A stretch of DNA of 61,971 bases, counting the filler, from Choristocarpus tenellus KU-1152 (taxonomy: Eukaryota; Protista; Phaeophyceae): assembly GCA_964200185.2 (NCBI GenBank). It is 10 parts of 10 records of this genome, joined end to end, with 100 filler letters (N's around TTAATTAATTAA, not from the genome) between each part and the next. Parts side by side here need not be neighbours in the genome. Positions count along the whole stretch, not along the records: positions 8,959 to 13,707 come from CAXNAD020013215.1; positions 13,808 to 26,283 come from CAXNAD020001820.1; 8 more parts are not named here. One strand, given 5' to 3'. The position numbers and the translations under genes are program-made. Every line of letters starts with the position of its first letter. Positions within the stretch are counted from its first letter, which is position 1. Of the stretch, positions 12,267 to 24,765 are shown one piece after another. A model generated the notes under the pieces. That model saw nothing but the letters and a program-made list of their open reading frames with translations, had not been told where the DNA came from and did no database searches.

Positions 12267-13260
12267 GAATACTAGGGGCATCTCATTAGCAAACGCTGGT
12301 AAAGTTCTACTCAAGGTTGCTGCTTGACGATTGGGAGATTACCTGGACTGAGACAAAATACTACTTGACGAGCGGCATGGTTTCCGGCTCTGATGCTCCA
12401 CAGTCGACATGATGTATACTGTATATGCCCTCCAAGCGCTTGGCTGAGAAATGTCCTTATTCATGTGTTTTATGGACCTACAAAAAGTATGACTCTATTG
12501 CCCATGATCTCCTTTGGACTGTTGCTTTCCAATTTTGGAGTGCCTGAGAAAATGATCTGAGTCATTCATCAATTCGATGATGGAATGCGGGCATGTGTTT
12601 TGCATTGATGACGAAGAGTGTACGGATTGACCCGAGGTTGGACAAAGCTTTGGCAAAGATGTGTTTTTGTTCCCAAGCTCTTCAACCTCTTATTCTCTGC
12701 AGCACTAAGCATAACTGTCAAGGAGTTCACCTCTGACCTGTCATCTCCAGCAACCTTGTTGTCATCAAGAGGCTACTAGGTCAGAGGTGGAGTAACAGGG
12801 AGTGGGTTGGGCTTTTTGCTGATAGGCATTGTGTCCAAGACTCAACCGGAGGAATGACCAGGATGATGATGATGATGATTGTGGATATGGGCAGTTCATT
12901 CAGGCCGACAGAGTTGGAGCTTAATACGGAGACCATGTGCCTTTGACCTTCCAACAGGCCCAGAGACACCATGCAGGTCCTGATATTGGACCAACACTAA
13001 GATCAGACCGATAAGTTTGTTTACATTGAAGGCACCATCAGTGATGAAGCTGATATGACTGCCGAGATCAATCAGCAGGTCCAAAATGCCGAGTTGTTTC
13101 TGAAAGTACAACAAAGTATTTTATGACAGAACCACAGGTGTATCACTTGGAGTTAAGATTTGAATGCTCAAGGCTGAAGAACCTGATATTATGTTATGTT
13201 GTGTGACACTTATCTTGACTGGACTGAAGAGGCAAAAAACACTGAATTATCCATGGTCAT
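12267..13260 (+). pseudogene. Degenerate reverse transcriptase of an RTE-like LINE
   Basis: RGISLANAGKVLLKVAA*RLG...HGFRL*CSTVDMM...LFMCFMDLQK...FGVPEKMI*VIHQFDDGMRACV...LFNLLF...KI*MLKAE, with many stops and frameshifts. Confidence 0.85.
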
Positions 13261-13820
13261 TAACTATCTTAACGTGGCTAAGTCATGGGCTGGCCCGGTA
13301 CTAATGTGTTCTGCCAGGGCCAATCCATGACCATCAACGCGTTGAACATGGCTGGACCATGGGCCAGCCCAATCCGAATATATTTTATCAGAGTCAGTTC
13401 AATTGTCTCGACTCTCTGAGCCACTGGCCGGCCTGGGGTAATGGCCCAGACCCTGGCCATGCTAACTGCCCGGACTGATGTAGAGTCCTTCGTCTTTAGA
13501 GGCAATATTATTGAGACCACACCAGGGAAGTATGTACCCTGGTGCGTCAATTTGATGCTAGGTCGGAGAATACTGCTCAGCACAAATCAGTGGGACACAG
13601 CACTGGTGGTCAGCACCCAGAAAGGGTCAAAGTATCTGGGGGGGGGGTATCGGCGTCCGTTTTTCACCCTTTTTTCGATTTTCATTTTTTTGGTCTGATT
13701 TGGTCGCNNNNNNNNNNNNNNNNNNNNNNNNNNNNNNNNNNNNNNNNNNNNTTAATTAATTAANNNNNNNNNNNNNNNNNNNNNNNNNNNNNNNNNNNNN
13801 NNNNNNNACGCTGGTCAATA

Positions 13821-14000
13821 GACTCAACGTATCTGGGAGGGGGGGGGTGGTCTACACCAGGGTGTCCATTTGGGTCAAAATCATGAAAAGTGCATTTACA
13901 GTAACCGTCCGACGTGTGCAACCAAATCACCCAAAAATCGCTACATGAAAAAATTGACCCCAAATGGATAGCCACCACCCCCTCCCAGATACTTTGAGCT
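13821..14000. mobile_element. MITE family A (poly-G TIR), full copy
   Basis: TIR GACTCAACGTATCTGGGAGGGGG...CCCCCTCCCAGATACTTTGAGCT, TSD ATA. Confidence 0.85.
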
Positions 14001-15019
14001 ATAACCAAGGGACTGGATCAACCTTCTCACCATTATATACACACATAAAATTGATAGGCGTACCACTACAATGAACTACAGTTGCTTGTTCGAGGGTTGA
14101 CAGGATATCATACTGCGCCTTCATAAATAGGCTCTATTCTCAACACACCGTATGAAACAATGATAAATGGCTTCATTCACTAAAAATATATGTATCTGTA
14201 ACAATCCCTTCCCATCCACAGTGAAAATAGGCATTCTACATTTATGCTTGTCAGGGAGTTAGTAGTGGGTATATGATCCTCAACAACAGGTGGTACTAAG
14301 TTATACTAATTATTTGTACAAACCCGGAGTCGTTTTTTACTTGTGATGAGACCGTGGTTGCTTGGAAGATTGCTGTGGTCATGTACAGGTCATACTGGTC
14401 AATTTTCCTGTCATCATCGTCAGGAGTTTAATGATGAGATATTACAAACGTACACGTACTCAATTCATTGTCATGTTGAAGATCAACTCATCATAAGGCA
14501 ATGAAAAGGGAATGTTTAAGAAGTAGTCTGAGTTTTGTGGGCGGAAGGATTCTGGTGGTAATGTGGTACGGGGAGGGAAAGGCGAGGAAGGAAAAAGAAA
14601 AAGTAGGCCAGGGGTGAACGGAGAGTCAAGGGCTGAGTGATTAGGAGGCAATAGAGGTAGGAGAGAAGTTAAAGGAGTGGTTGGTAGGTGGAGGCACAAG
14701 GTAAGAAGGAATGGTCAGTATGTAAAGAAAACCGAGGGCTGGTGGTATAAGACGAGGAGGGGCTAGAACAAGACAACCTCCGAGCAACCTCTCCCACCCA
14801 CCCACCCTGTCGCTACTGGGTGGGTGGGCGGGATACTGGGTAAAGGGAGGAAAGGACAAGTTCGGATGGGGTAGATGCCTTCCAGTTCAAAGGCACGGCA
14901 GTAAGTGGATGATGAAGGGGTGTTCTTGGGTGATTGTGGAGTGTTGAGTAGAGTGGTAGCTTGTGTGGGGTTGGGGGGAGTGGTAACTGGTGTAGGATAG
15001 AGTGGGGTTGAAAGGTGTG

Positions 15020-15295
15020 GTGGTGACTGGAAATCAGTGGCGAAAGGGTCGCACTGGTTGGTCATCAGACGCGGGGGATGACTGGAAATCACTGGCAAAG
15101 GGGGTTTGCACTGGTTGGTCAGCGAAGGTGAGCGGTAGCCAGAAATCAGTGAAGGAGGTTCACAGTAGTTGCTCATCAGAGGTGGGCACTGGCTGGAAAA
15201 AAATTGCGAGAGGGGTTTGCATTGGTTGGTCATCACAGGGGGGGGACGTGACAGGAAACCAGTGGCAAGGGGTTTGCACTGGTTGTTCACAAGTA
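15020..15295. repeat. Degenerate tandem repeat, about 5 units of ~55 bp
   Basis: Recurring GACTGGAAATCA.TGG...GGGGTTTGCACTGGTTGGTCATCA. Confidence 0.75.
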
Positions 15296-17073
15296 AGTGG
15301 TGGTATGATGTAGAGGAGGAGAATGGGTGGAATGCAAACATAGAACAAAATAATCTAGAATTCGTGAGCAAAACAAATGCTCACTATACCTACAACGTTT
15401 CCCGTGACATATTTTGTGCACACATTTTCCAGCTGATGTTGAAGAAGTAGTTCAAATTTCTGTTCTTTATGGGGAAGTCTTGTTCCGTACACTGCTGGGG
15501 GGAGTCCTACACAGCATTCCTACAGGTGAGATAGAACATTCACTCAAAAGTTACAACTACCTTACGTACACGCATTGTCCACCGAACACACATTTTCACA
15601 GTGTAAATAATCCAGACCCATCATCAATCCAAAAGAGGAAAAAATTAAAAGAAAACAGTGTCGACCTTGTAACTCTCATGCCATGTCCCGCATCGAGCTC
15701 AGCTTCTCACAAAACCGACAAAAGAAAATAACAAAAGTACATCTAGTGTACAGGATACATTATTCCCTGTTCATGTTCTTTAAATTAGAAAACACACTAT
15801 TGTCGTAAGTCCTTTGTAAATTACAAACTTAATATCCCACAATATCAATGGGGAACAAAAATGAACACACACATCATACAAAACCCAGTGTGCCCTTACT
15901 GCAACCCACCCCCCAATGCCATGCACAATATCCTCCGGCATTGAGGAAGAGAGACTATTATAATTTCTTGTATTATTATGCAATGCAATAGAAGCACAAT
16001 ACGATTGGGAAAAGGGAGGGAAAATTGGAATAGATCCAGTGTCACAAATCGACACATTGGCATCGATAAAGTTGTACCTCAAAAGAGCACCACATCAGCA
16101 TACTTTCCAGACTGCTTACAACGAAAAAGAAAAAACGCTGCTAATTTAGTGAGTCCATTAATTAAGAAGAACACTACCTCTTACGTTCTTCTTTCACTCA
16201 CAAACCCTACTGATACAACACCCAATCAGTAGAGTGGAGAAAGTATTCGCTCCCACATGTATAATGGGGCACCTGATCCATGCTGTTCTGATGTCCTAAG
16301 TCTTTCAAAGAAAGAAAACAAAAACAGCATGAAGGCATAGACGGGTATAGGAGAGAGGTTTAGCTTCTCTCTTACCTTTCACTCGTAACTCATCAGTGAA
16401 CTTTGATTCAAACAATACCATAATGATCAAAAACACCTACACAACACACAACCACAAACGTTCACCCAAAGACCATCAACTAACGAACACAGCAGAATTC
16501 CTTTCAACATGGAACAAACATAATATTCCACACCTCTCCAGCATCCACGATGTTGAGACTCAAAACGCCTCTGAAACCACTTTGGTTTGGCCAATATTGA
16601 AAACTGGGAAAATCAGCAAAGGAGACGGCAAATTTGTGAGATCCTGAGCAAAGCCCTTCAAGACTCCACAGCATTGTGCTCAAATATCATGCAATCGATA
16701 TGCTTCAAGTCTCTTCCCATTGCCCTCACCTCACCCACTTTACAACTGCGACAAACCCCAAAGCAATTATAGTCTTAATGATGTTTTCACGATAATCTAC
16801 CTCACTCTTACGCTACCTACAAGACGCTGCTTAATCTCAGAAACTCAATTTCGATTTTCTCCTGCACCTCTTCTACATGCTCCCCTACAATACGTAAGCA
16901 TTGACACTGTAGACACTCCTAACTTTACACAGTAAGTCCTATCTCATCCGTTCCCTGGAAACAAGAAGCAAGAAAGTGCTCCTTAAAACCAACTCCATAT
17001 GTTCTCTTATAAACCAACCAATGATTCAGGGCAGATCAACGACAAAACCTTTTATGGTACCAAAACCTTCATA

Positions 17074-19294
17074 TCAATGATGTGACGCTGCCTGTTGTGC
17101 CCTTCGTGCATGCCTGGCTGCCTCACGCTCTTGCCCCAGGTCAACTTCCATCATCTCCATACCAACCTCTGCATACTCGTCTTTCTCTTCAGAATTGTAG
17201 CCATCATCAGCCATCACAACATTTCCTGGCTCCCCAGTCTTTGGTTCCTCCTCGTCATTATCTTCGAACTCACCAGTGCGCACAATCTCATTCTGTGCAT
17301 TTACCTTCACCTCACGGTTGCCCCAACGTCGATCCTTCAGTGTACATAGGGCGTACAACTTGATAACAGCTCCCCAGTACTGCACCAAGATGAAAGGCAT
17401 GATTAGCCAGAACCAGCGACAAGGAGGTCTGGGTCTGGACCATGTGAAGTACATGATAGTCTTCATGATACGCGTCACAACAATGTACACAATAAAGGCC
17501 ACCAGAATGAACATGTTCTGTTCCCAGAAGCAGTAGAACAAGATTGCCATGGGACCATACACCATAGTGAACGGAGAGATCATCTTGTCCAGAGAGGTGA
17601 TCGCCAACCACGGGTACTTGGCCCACACACTTCGCTCAAGGAAAAGCATCTTGATGTCACTGCGCCACGAGTTGCGACTCCAACGAAGCAACTGTGAGCG
17701 GAGCTTCGAACCTGCCTCAAATTGAGTGCTGAGGGTGCAAACCTCACAAATCTGATGCCACATTTTGTAGTTTGACATGATACACAGTCGGGTAAGGCAT
17801 TTGTCATCACCAGAGAGCTGGAGCTGGCCAGCAAAGTGCTCATTGAGGAAGTAGTTCTTAAATCCATCAAAGCGGAAGAGCTGAGTGCGGTAAGCCATGG
17901 TTCGCCCTGAGAGGCAAGTAGATCCACCACCCATGAACGTTGTTGCACGGTATTCAAGATACCGCTGATAGAGACGCATGTCCTGAAGACGAAGAAAATG
18001 GAAAAAAATAGAAAGGGCTAAGCATGATAAGAGAATCCTACATTCCAGTGACCTAACCACTTCTCAACCATATCTAATTGAAGTTGTCTAGGGTATCGAT
18101 GTAGGTCATTCCTATCTCGAATAAAGTAGTGCACAAAATGTTGTCAAAGCAAAGCTGACACTACACATTTGAGCTGGTTAAGTTTGAGAAACGGAGGGAT
18201 GACGGATGGTCTCACCATCATGATGTCTGAGAAGCAGAACTTGTCACCCTTAGGCCGGGCAATCTGGCGAGTCCCACAGCCTCCCATCGATGGATCTTTG
18301 AACGGCATGATTAGGCTCTTAAGCACTGCGGGCCCGTAAAGCGCATCATCATCAGCGAACACTGTGATCTCTGTGTCGACGTAAGCAAGACCCGTATACA
18401 TAGCCGCCCGCTTTCCTGGCTTTGATTCCTCCACCACACGTATAATAGTAGCACGTGGGTTTACCGTCTCCACAATGTTGAGCACCTGAACAATGTATGG
18501 AGGTGATGAGCACACGATTGAGTAGTTGCAGAGAAACTGCCTTGTATTCTGGCGAAGCGACGAGCAATTGCACCTACAAATAACAATCTCTGTACAACTA
18601 CCGAAGGGTGACATTGAGAGGATGACTGTCGGATGTACGTTGGAGATGTGCTTGAGATAGTGGAAAAAGGTCAACGGTATTCGAAAAAGGAACTGGGGTA
18701 AAAACTGTGAGGCACGTAGAGGATTGTGTCAGAAGTTGTGACACAAGTTACATTTCTGACAAGGCACGTGGTGCGAATTGCCTACCGCATGACCTGGTAC
18801 TTCCAACATGTTAAGGGAGAACATTTGGGAGTGAGAATGACAAGAACGGGAAATTGTTCGTGGCTGAATTCGCCACTCATTTTCCAAAACCACTTATTGG
18901 TACCGTGTAAATCACTCTCGTTCAAGCCTGGCATACCTGGATAAAAGAATTTCATAGGGGGTTGGACGAAGGAAAACTGTAAGTTCACCTGCTGATAGGA
19001 GTTTGTGTCCACCACAACCACGATGGTCTTTGGTCGGTTGTCCACCCAGCTCTGTAGGCATTCCTCGAACCCTGGTTCAGGCATGTAAACTGGGATGATC
19101 ATAGTCATCATCTGGGTGGAGACTGGCACATGCCCAGGTCCCAGCTCCTCTGAGATAGGAATCGGCTTGTACAACAAGCTAGGGATTCCCTTCAGGATAA
19201 GGTAGGCACCCCATCGCCATATTCCAATCCAAAGAGGAAGGAAATATATGGGGTCAAAATGAAACCATGGCGTGTTTCCTTCAGCGAGAGGCAT
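17074..19294 (-). CDS. Processive GT2 polysaccharide synthase, Cps1 / hyaluronan synthase / type-3 capsule synthase-like, 494 aa (exons 19294-18989, 18485-18216, 17982-17074)
   Basis: Three phase-0 GT-AG exons; IIPVY, VVVVD, KPGKRAAM, FADDD, CLSGRTMAYR, LSGDDKCLTR, QLLRWSR (D,D,D,QxxRW); N- and C-terminal hydrophobic segments; WGNR near the end; acidic tail. Confidence 0.93.
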
Positions 19295-19943
19295 CTCGTC
19301 CCTAGTGGGATGAGACCACACTCAGCCAATGTCTCCAAGTCCCACCAAACCTTCTCCACAAATGTCAACGCACTTTCTTCCGAAAGTAAGTTAGAACAGG
19401 CCCCGCCAAAAGCTGAATGCGAGGTTCTGATCCCAACTCTAAACCCTTCGGTTCTCTAAAAGTACCAAATGTCTTGGGAATGTGATACGCTCCTAGTCAC
19501 TTCAAACCTTCCCTCTACAACAATATGTGTTACACCTATGACCTCTGACTAGCGGAAAGTTGAGAGATGTATGGGATGAAATGAGGGTAGGGTCTTAGAT
19601 TTAGATGGGAGACCAATTTTTATTATGGAACCCTCATTATTGGAATGATACACGCGCGCATTGATTCCGCCGCTAAGGGATAACATAGGTATTATTTGAA
19701 TCATTCGCGCGTATTGGATCCATGAGAAAGCATGGACCGGTAAGAAAATTGTTCTACGGAAAATATTTCAAAAATACTCTCAAATTTCGGATGCTCTTTC
19801 TTAAGGTAAAAAATTCGACTGTGTTTGGTATACAACTGACGTTCTTGGAGAGGTGGAACTACTTGCTACATAGAATAGTGAGATAGAAAAATATAGATAG
19901 TATCGGTTGGACACCAAAGTATGAACTCTGATGTGAGAGGCTC

Positions 19944-20902
19944 ATTATTATTATTATTGTATTCTCTAACATTTTACAGATGTGTCAGGGAAAAATCAAT
20001 AAAAACAATTCACATGTAGCGAGGTAAGGAACGTCTTTGACATTTGATCTTAACTTGTGAGTATTTTTTGCACACATGTCAGAATAAAACCTAAAAATAT
20101 ATACTTTTAACATTTTGCAGATGTGGTAGGGGGGAAAAATATATAATGTTTTTTAGCATTTTGAAGATGTATATATATTGTCTTATTATTATGGTCTTTG
20201 ATGTGTTCCAAATGTATCTATATATTACTTTGCCGTTTGATATATATATAATATCTATTATTTTGATGTTTTAGGAATGACTCATGCTGTCTGAGAATAT
20301 CAGACTCCAAGGTTTAGAATATATTCAAGAGCTAAAGTATTGGGGGTACAAATCATTCCTCATTTTCAAACAACTTAGTATCTATTCAAGATCTACTATG
20401 TATATGTATATAGGAATTTATGAAAGGGGAACTATTTATTGTACTACCTATTATATACACCTTCCAGAAATTGAGGTGGAACTGTCAAGGAATCCGATTC
20501 CCCATATTTTATTATTATGCCCTCTCACATTTTGCAGATTCCCTTATTGTAACGAAGGTGTAGATATATCCATGAACGGTACATAATCTCACAACATACC
20601 GTCAACGGTTTAAAGGTGTTTTTATATATATTTTTATGCCCTCTGACATTTTGCAGATGTGTCAGGGGGAAACCAATGAAAACTATATACATATGTGTAT
20701 ATAAAATGTCCTAAACATAAGAATAGTGTTTATATCCTCTGTCACCTTTTCTAGATTTTGAGTTTGTTATTTTTGTTTTTGTGAGAGATTATGTAAAATG
20801 TATACGGGCGGACATTTTTTTTTTGGTTAAAGTAAGAGGGGATAAAATGTTAGAGGGGATGTTTTATTATCATGCCCTCTGACATTTTGCAGATGTGTCA
20901 GG
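19944..20902 (-). repeat. Cluster of solo retrotransposon 3' hairpin motifs in AT-rich DNA
   Basis: ATTATGCCCTCTGACATTTTGCAGATGTGTCAGGG variants near 19965, 20107, 20511, 20635, 20865; also 4667, 4782, 4971, 9003, 23650. Confidence 0.75.
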
Positions 20903-21559
20903 TACATATCTGAATATAAAGAGGAGATAATAATATACATATTCTTCTATACATTACTCATATTCTGTGACAGATTCTGGGTTCCATGGAGTTTTGTGTC
21001 AAATCACAATGTCACGAACAAATCCATATTTTTGAAGTTTATACGTTGATATATCCTCATCACATAAGTGTAAAAATAGGTTAAAAGGGTATTTGCTAGG
21101 ATGAAGAGAGATTTGTAGCAAACAAAAGATCGTATGTTCAAGACATGAGTGTTTTGAGAGATGTAAAGGCGAGGAAGGACGAAAATAATTGAGACGGAAA
21201 AAATTTAAAATGTGTTGAAAGGGGTGTTTGTTATTGGTGTAGGTGTAAACTATGAATAAGGGTAGCAAATAATCTTACTCACTTCTTCTAGTTGGTATTA
21301 CATATATTATACCTTTGGCTTCGTCGAGGTCGCTTCCAAATCGTTTCGTTGCCCTCCACAAGCACCGAAATAGTTTTGAACAAAAATATATCTCATTCAA
21401 AAAGGGGCCCTTAAAAAGTGCTCCGGCAACATTTACAAAAATATATATATCGACACTTTTCCCCGGTCAATTTTGGGTCAAACCCATCCTCCGTAGTACG
21501 CTCCATCCTCAATTTTTGAAATCCACTGCTATATGAAGCCTTGACCAGATTGGATGTAG

Positions 21560-22540
21560 AGAGGACAGAGCCAGAAAGATATTGGAGGAAAGGGGTGTCA
21601 AGTCATAAGAACCCTCGTAGTGGGTGCACTTTCACTTATCGGCTGCAGCAGCAGTTATACCATTGCTGGTGGATCAGTGTGGGGTGCTGCTTGGACTTCC
21701 GGAAATGCAACATCTAGGAGGAGGCCTTTGTCCTGGTAAGGAGCCGATCCAGTGTCCGCAAGTGCCTCAGCATGAAAGACCACACCCATGCGGAGGTTCC
21801 GGTCCACTGTGAATGTGGCACCATCCTCCGTAGTGGAAGGGATGCCCATTCCCTTGATTAGTTGACCTAGACGCTTAAGCATCGGCATGTGCTAGTGTAC
21901 CTATGAGCCAAACCAACTGAGAGGCAGGCAAGTTTGATCCCTTTTGCATTGTAAGCCATATTTCTTATCCTGTGCAATACATCCTATTTCAATTGCTTTA
22001 TGCGCACACTTAGTGTACGCAAAATATATTCCCCCTTTCCACACACAAAGTGACACCACAATTCCAGGAAGGCTCTTTCTGCAGTTGTACAAAATGGCAT
22101 GCTTTTTCCCTTTCTCGGGATGATTAAAATGCAACCCTGCCTACCTCTGAGTTGGATTGACTTTGTCCCCATGCCATAGGGCAGGTATGAGCGTGTCGGG
22201 TGTCAACAGCATTATATGCCTCCTGCACCCGGCCACCAGGCACCTGTTTGATAGGACCTCCTCCCTTCCTAGGGATCTGCTGGCAGTAAGTCTAAGCTCT
22301 ACGGAAGGGATCTGGCATGCTGGTTCCAGGAGTTGCGTGGTGGCCCATGCATTTGTCCCTTGTTTATTCTGGCTTCAGTGCTGGCTCAGGGGCTAGCGAA
22401 GAACTTTTCCTCCCTTGTTCTGTATCATCTGGGAATTTGGCCAATTGCATCCGCAAAGAGTCAAACCAGATCCTGTTCAGGAGGTGGTGGTCTGTTGCAT
22501 ATTACGTTTCTATCATCGGCGGAACGGTATAACTGCAAGA
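21560..22540 (-). mobile_element. RLE-type non-LTR retrotransposon fragment split by a MITE
   Basis: ...SLGREEVLSNRC...HAHTC (zinc-knuckle-like), then the MITE at 21905-22163, then GMGIPSTTEDGATFTVDRNLRMGVVF...GLLLDVAF, homologous to 3900-4190. Confidence 0.75.
21905..22163. mobile_element. MITE family C
   Basis: TIR GAGCCAAACCAACTGAGAGGCAGGCA...TGCCTACCTCTGAGTTGGATTGACTT; flanks TAT/TGT. Confidence 0.8.
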
Positions 22541-22699
22541 GAAACTGGTTTCCCTTTAAATTTTATTACGCTTTCTGACATCTTGCCCATGTGTTAGGTA
22601 AAAGCTAAACCAAATCACAAGTACCCTTGTAGAAACAACCATTATCGTTAATTTAAGAGATACCTATCCAAAACTATTTTATATTTGATTCCTAGCTAT

Positions 22700-23050
22700 A
22701 CAACAATGCTCTCTTGAACATTGGCGATTTCATTGTTGTGTGCAGACTGCTGCTATGCCTTTAACCTAGCTTAGCCCTATAAAGGTGGGTGGAGATCTAG
22801 TGAAGCACCCCAAGGATCTGACAGGCCTCTTCTCGCCCATCTGGCAGGCGTTTCTTGCTCGAAACGTATGATGTGTCTCGAGAGGGTCACTAGTACAATA
22901 ACGGACAATTTACATCTATGGTAAGCGGGACCTAATAGCCCCTTTCCTACTGCACCTTCCGGCCCCTCTTCCCCCCATTGTGTGTGTGGCCAACTCATCC
23001 AAAAAACTTTCTGCCTGCTTAGTACAGTATTTGAGTACATTTGTGTACAT
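22700..23050 (-). mobile_element. 3' fragment of the same RLE retrotransposon
   Basis: VTLSRHIIRFEQETPARWARRGLSDPWGASL matches the C-terminus encoded at 4350-4480. Confidence 0.65.
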
Positions 23051-23177
23051 GTCACCTTCGCAGGGCTAAGCTAGGTTAGCCATAGGAGTATAAACATTTC
23101 TTGTTGTCCTTGAACAAACTTTTGGGGGGGACATTGTCATTTGTGTTGTTAGTTTCCAAATAGTAAAAAGCATTTAA

Positions 23178-23421
23178 GAGTCAAATCAATTTAGAGTTAG
23201 GCAGATTTGGACCCTTTTGCATTTAAGCCATAATTCTTACAATGTGCAATACCATTACGTTATGGGCACAATAGTGTATGCAAAATTGATATTCCTCCTT
23301 TTCACACACAAAGTGACGCCACAAGTAAGCAAGGCCTTTTTCTGCAATTGTACAAAATGGCGTGTTTTTTACTTTTCTTGGGATCCTTAAAACTCAACCC
23401 TGCCTAACTCTCGATTGACTC
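23178..23421. mobile_element. MITE family C
   Basis: TIR GAGTCAAATCAATTTAGAGTTAGGCAG...CTGCCTAACTCTCGATTGACTC; body matches the other C copies. Confidence 0.8.
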
Positions 23422-23450
23422 CTTATAATATGGTTATGATTTTTCCCTGG

Positions 23451-23629
23451 GGCTCAAAGTATCTGGGGGGGGATGGCGGTTGTCCAATTGGGGTCAATTT
23501 TTTCACGTCGCGAGTTTTGGGTCATTTGGTTGCATGCGTTGGATGGATCATTGCAGCACACATTTTCTGGTTTTGACCCAAATGAACACTCTATGTAGAC
23601 CGCCCCCCACCCCCCAGATACTTTGGGTC
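23451..23629. mobile_element. MITE family A, full copy
   Basis: GGCTCAAAGTATCTGGGGGGG...CCCCCAGATACTTTGGGTC; reverse orientation to the 13821 copy. Confidence 0.85.
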
Positions 23630-23647
23630 CTGACACACACACATATA

Positions 23648-24350
23648 TATTATTATGCCCTCTCAAACTTTGCAGACGCGTACCAGGGAAAAGTTAAAGC
23701 TATATTATAAGAACCCCGGGAAGAAAAAACGTTCGTCGTAAATGCAAAAGATATCTCCCCAAAAAATAGTAACTTATTTGAAAACTACAATACTACAATG
23801 CTCCCTTAAACATTAGTAACTACAATGTATTTGTATACACTGCTGCTACCCCTCTGTCCTAGCTTAGCCCTACAAAGGTGGGGGACGAGGTAGGGAGGCA
23901 TCCCAAGAATCTGACACCCGTAAGCTCCTTCTTGCCCGTCTGCCTGGTGTATCTATCTTGAAATTATTTACACACGTCAATAGAGCCACTTTGCAGTGAC
24001 GGACGCTATCTATATCTCAAACGGGACTTGACCACCTCTTTCCTACCATATCCTCCCATTCCCCCCCCCCCCTGCCTGTGTGGCTAAGTCATCCAAAAAA
24101 CGTTCTGCTTGGCTTCCAAGGAGCCCGAAACTTTCTATCGCAAAGGTGTTTAGGTTAAACTTACAAGGGTTCAAAGAACCTTGCAGTGAATGCGCTTTTG
24201 TGGCTCGGCTGCAGCAGCAGCAGCTACATCATTGCTATGTCGATGAGTGGGACAGACAGGAGGCCGCTTGCACTTCTGGAAAGGCAGCATCTAGGAGGAG
24301 GGCTTTGTCCCCGTAGGGAGCTGAGTCAGTGCTGCAAGTGCCCCCCAGCA
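23648..24350 (-). mobile_element. RLE retrotransposon 3' end with terminal hairpin and tail
   Basis: The minus strand carries the decayed RLE domain (GDKALLLDAAFPEVQA), 3' UTR, then CCCTGGTACGCGTCTGCAAAGTTTGAGAGGGCATAATAATA. Confidence 0.7.
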
Positions 24351-24582
24351 TGGCACATCTCGAAAAACACCAACAGCACAATGATAGTATATATGTGTCC
24401 ATAGCCGTCATCGGTACATATATATGTATATAATTAATAATTTCACACCGATCTGCCGAAATCCCAAATATCTGGAGGTGAGTTAACGTTGACTACAACT
24501 GTTATATAGCCACATATGCAGCAGGGGAGAGAGGGACTGGGGGGTATTGCAGAAAAGGGCCTGCCAAGTGTTTTTTGAGAAA

Positions 24583-24720
24583 GGTGATCTCCACCACTCC
24601 ACCAGCTCCTCTCTCTAGACGTGCCATGCACTTCAAGCTAGAGAAACCAGGCAAGTGGACAAGAAGGGGCCTAATGGATTCTTAGGATGCTTCTCTAGCT
24701 CCTCGCCCACCTTTGATAGC
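24583..24720 (+). mobile_element. Short 3' fragment of the RLE retrotransposon
   Basis: LSRRAMHFKLEKPGKWTRRGLMDS matches LSRRVMCFKLDSPGRWARRGSLDS near 4380. Confidence 0.6.
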
Positions 24721-24765
24721 ATATACTGTTGGCAGTCGCCTCTAGGATCAGACCGATCTTGATAA

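Noticed and set aside
14763-15371. Repeat protein with NQCKP units
   Set aside because: No ATG start or splice context; explained by the degenerate tandem DNA repeat.
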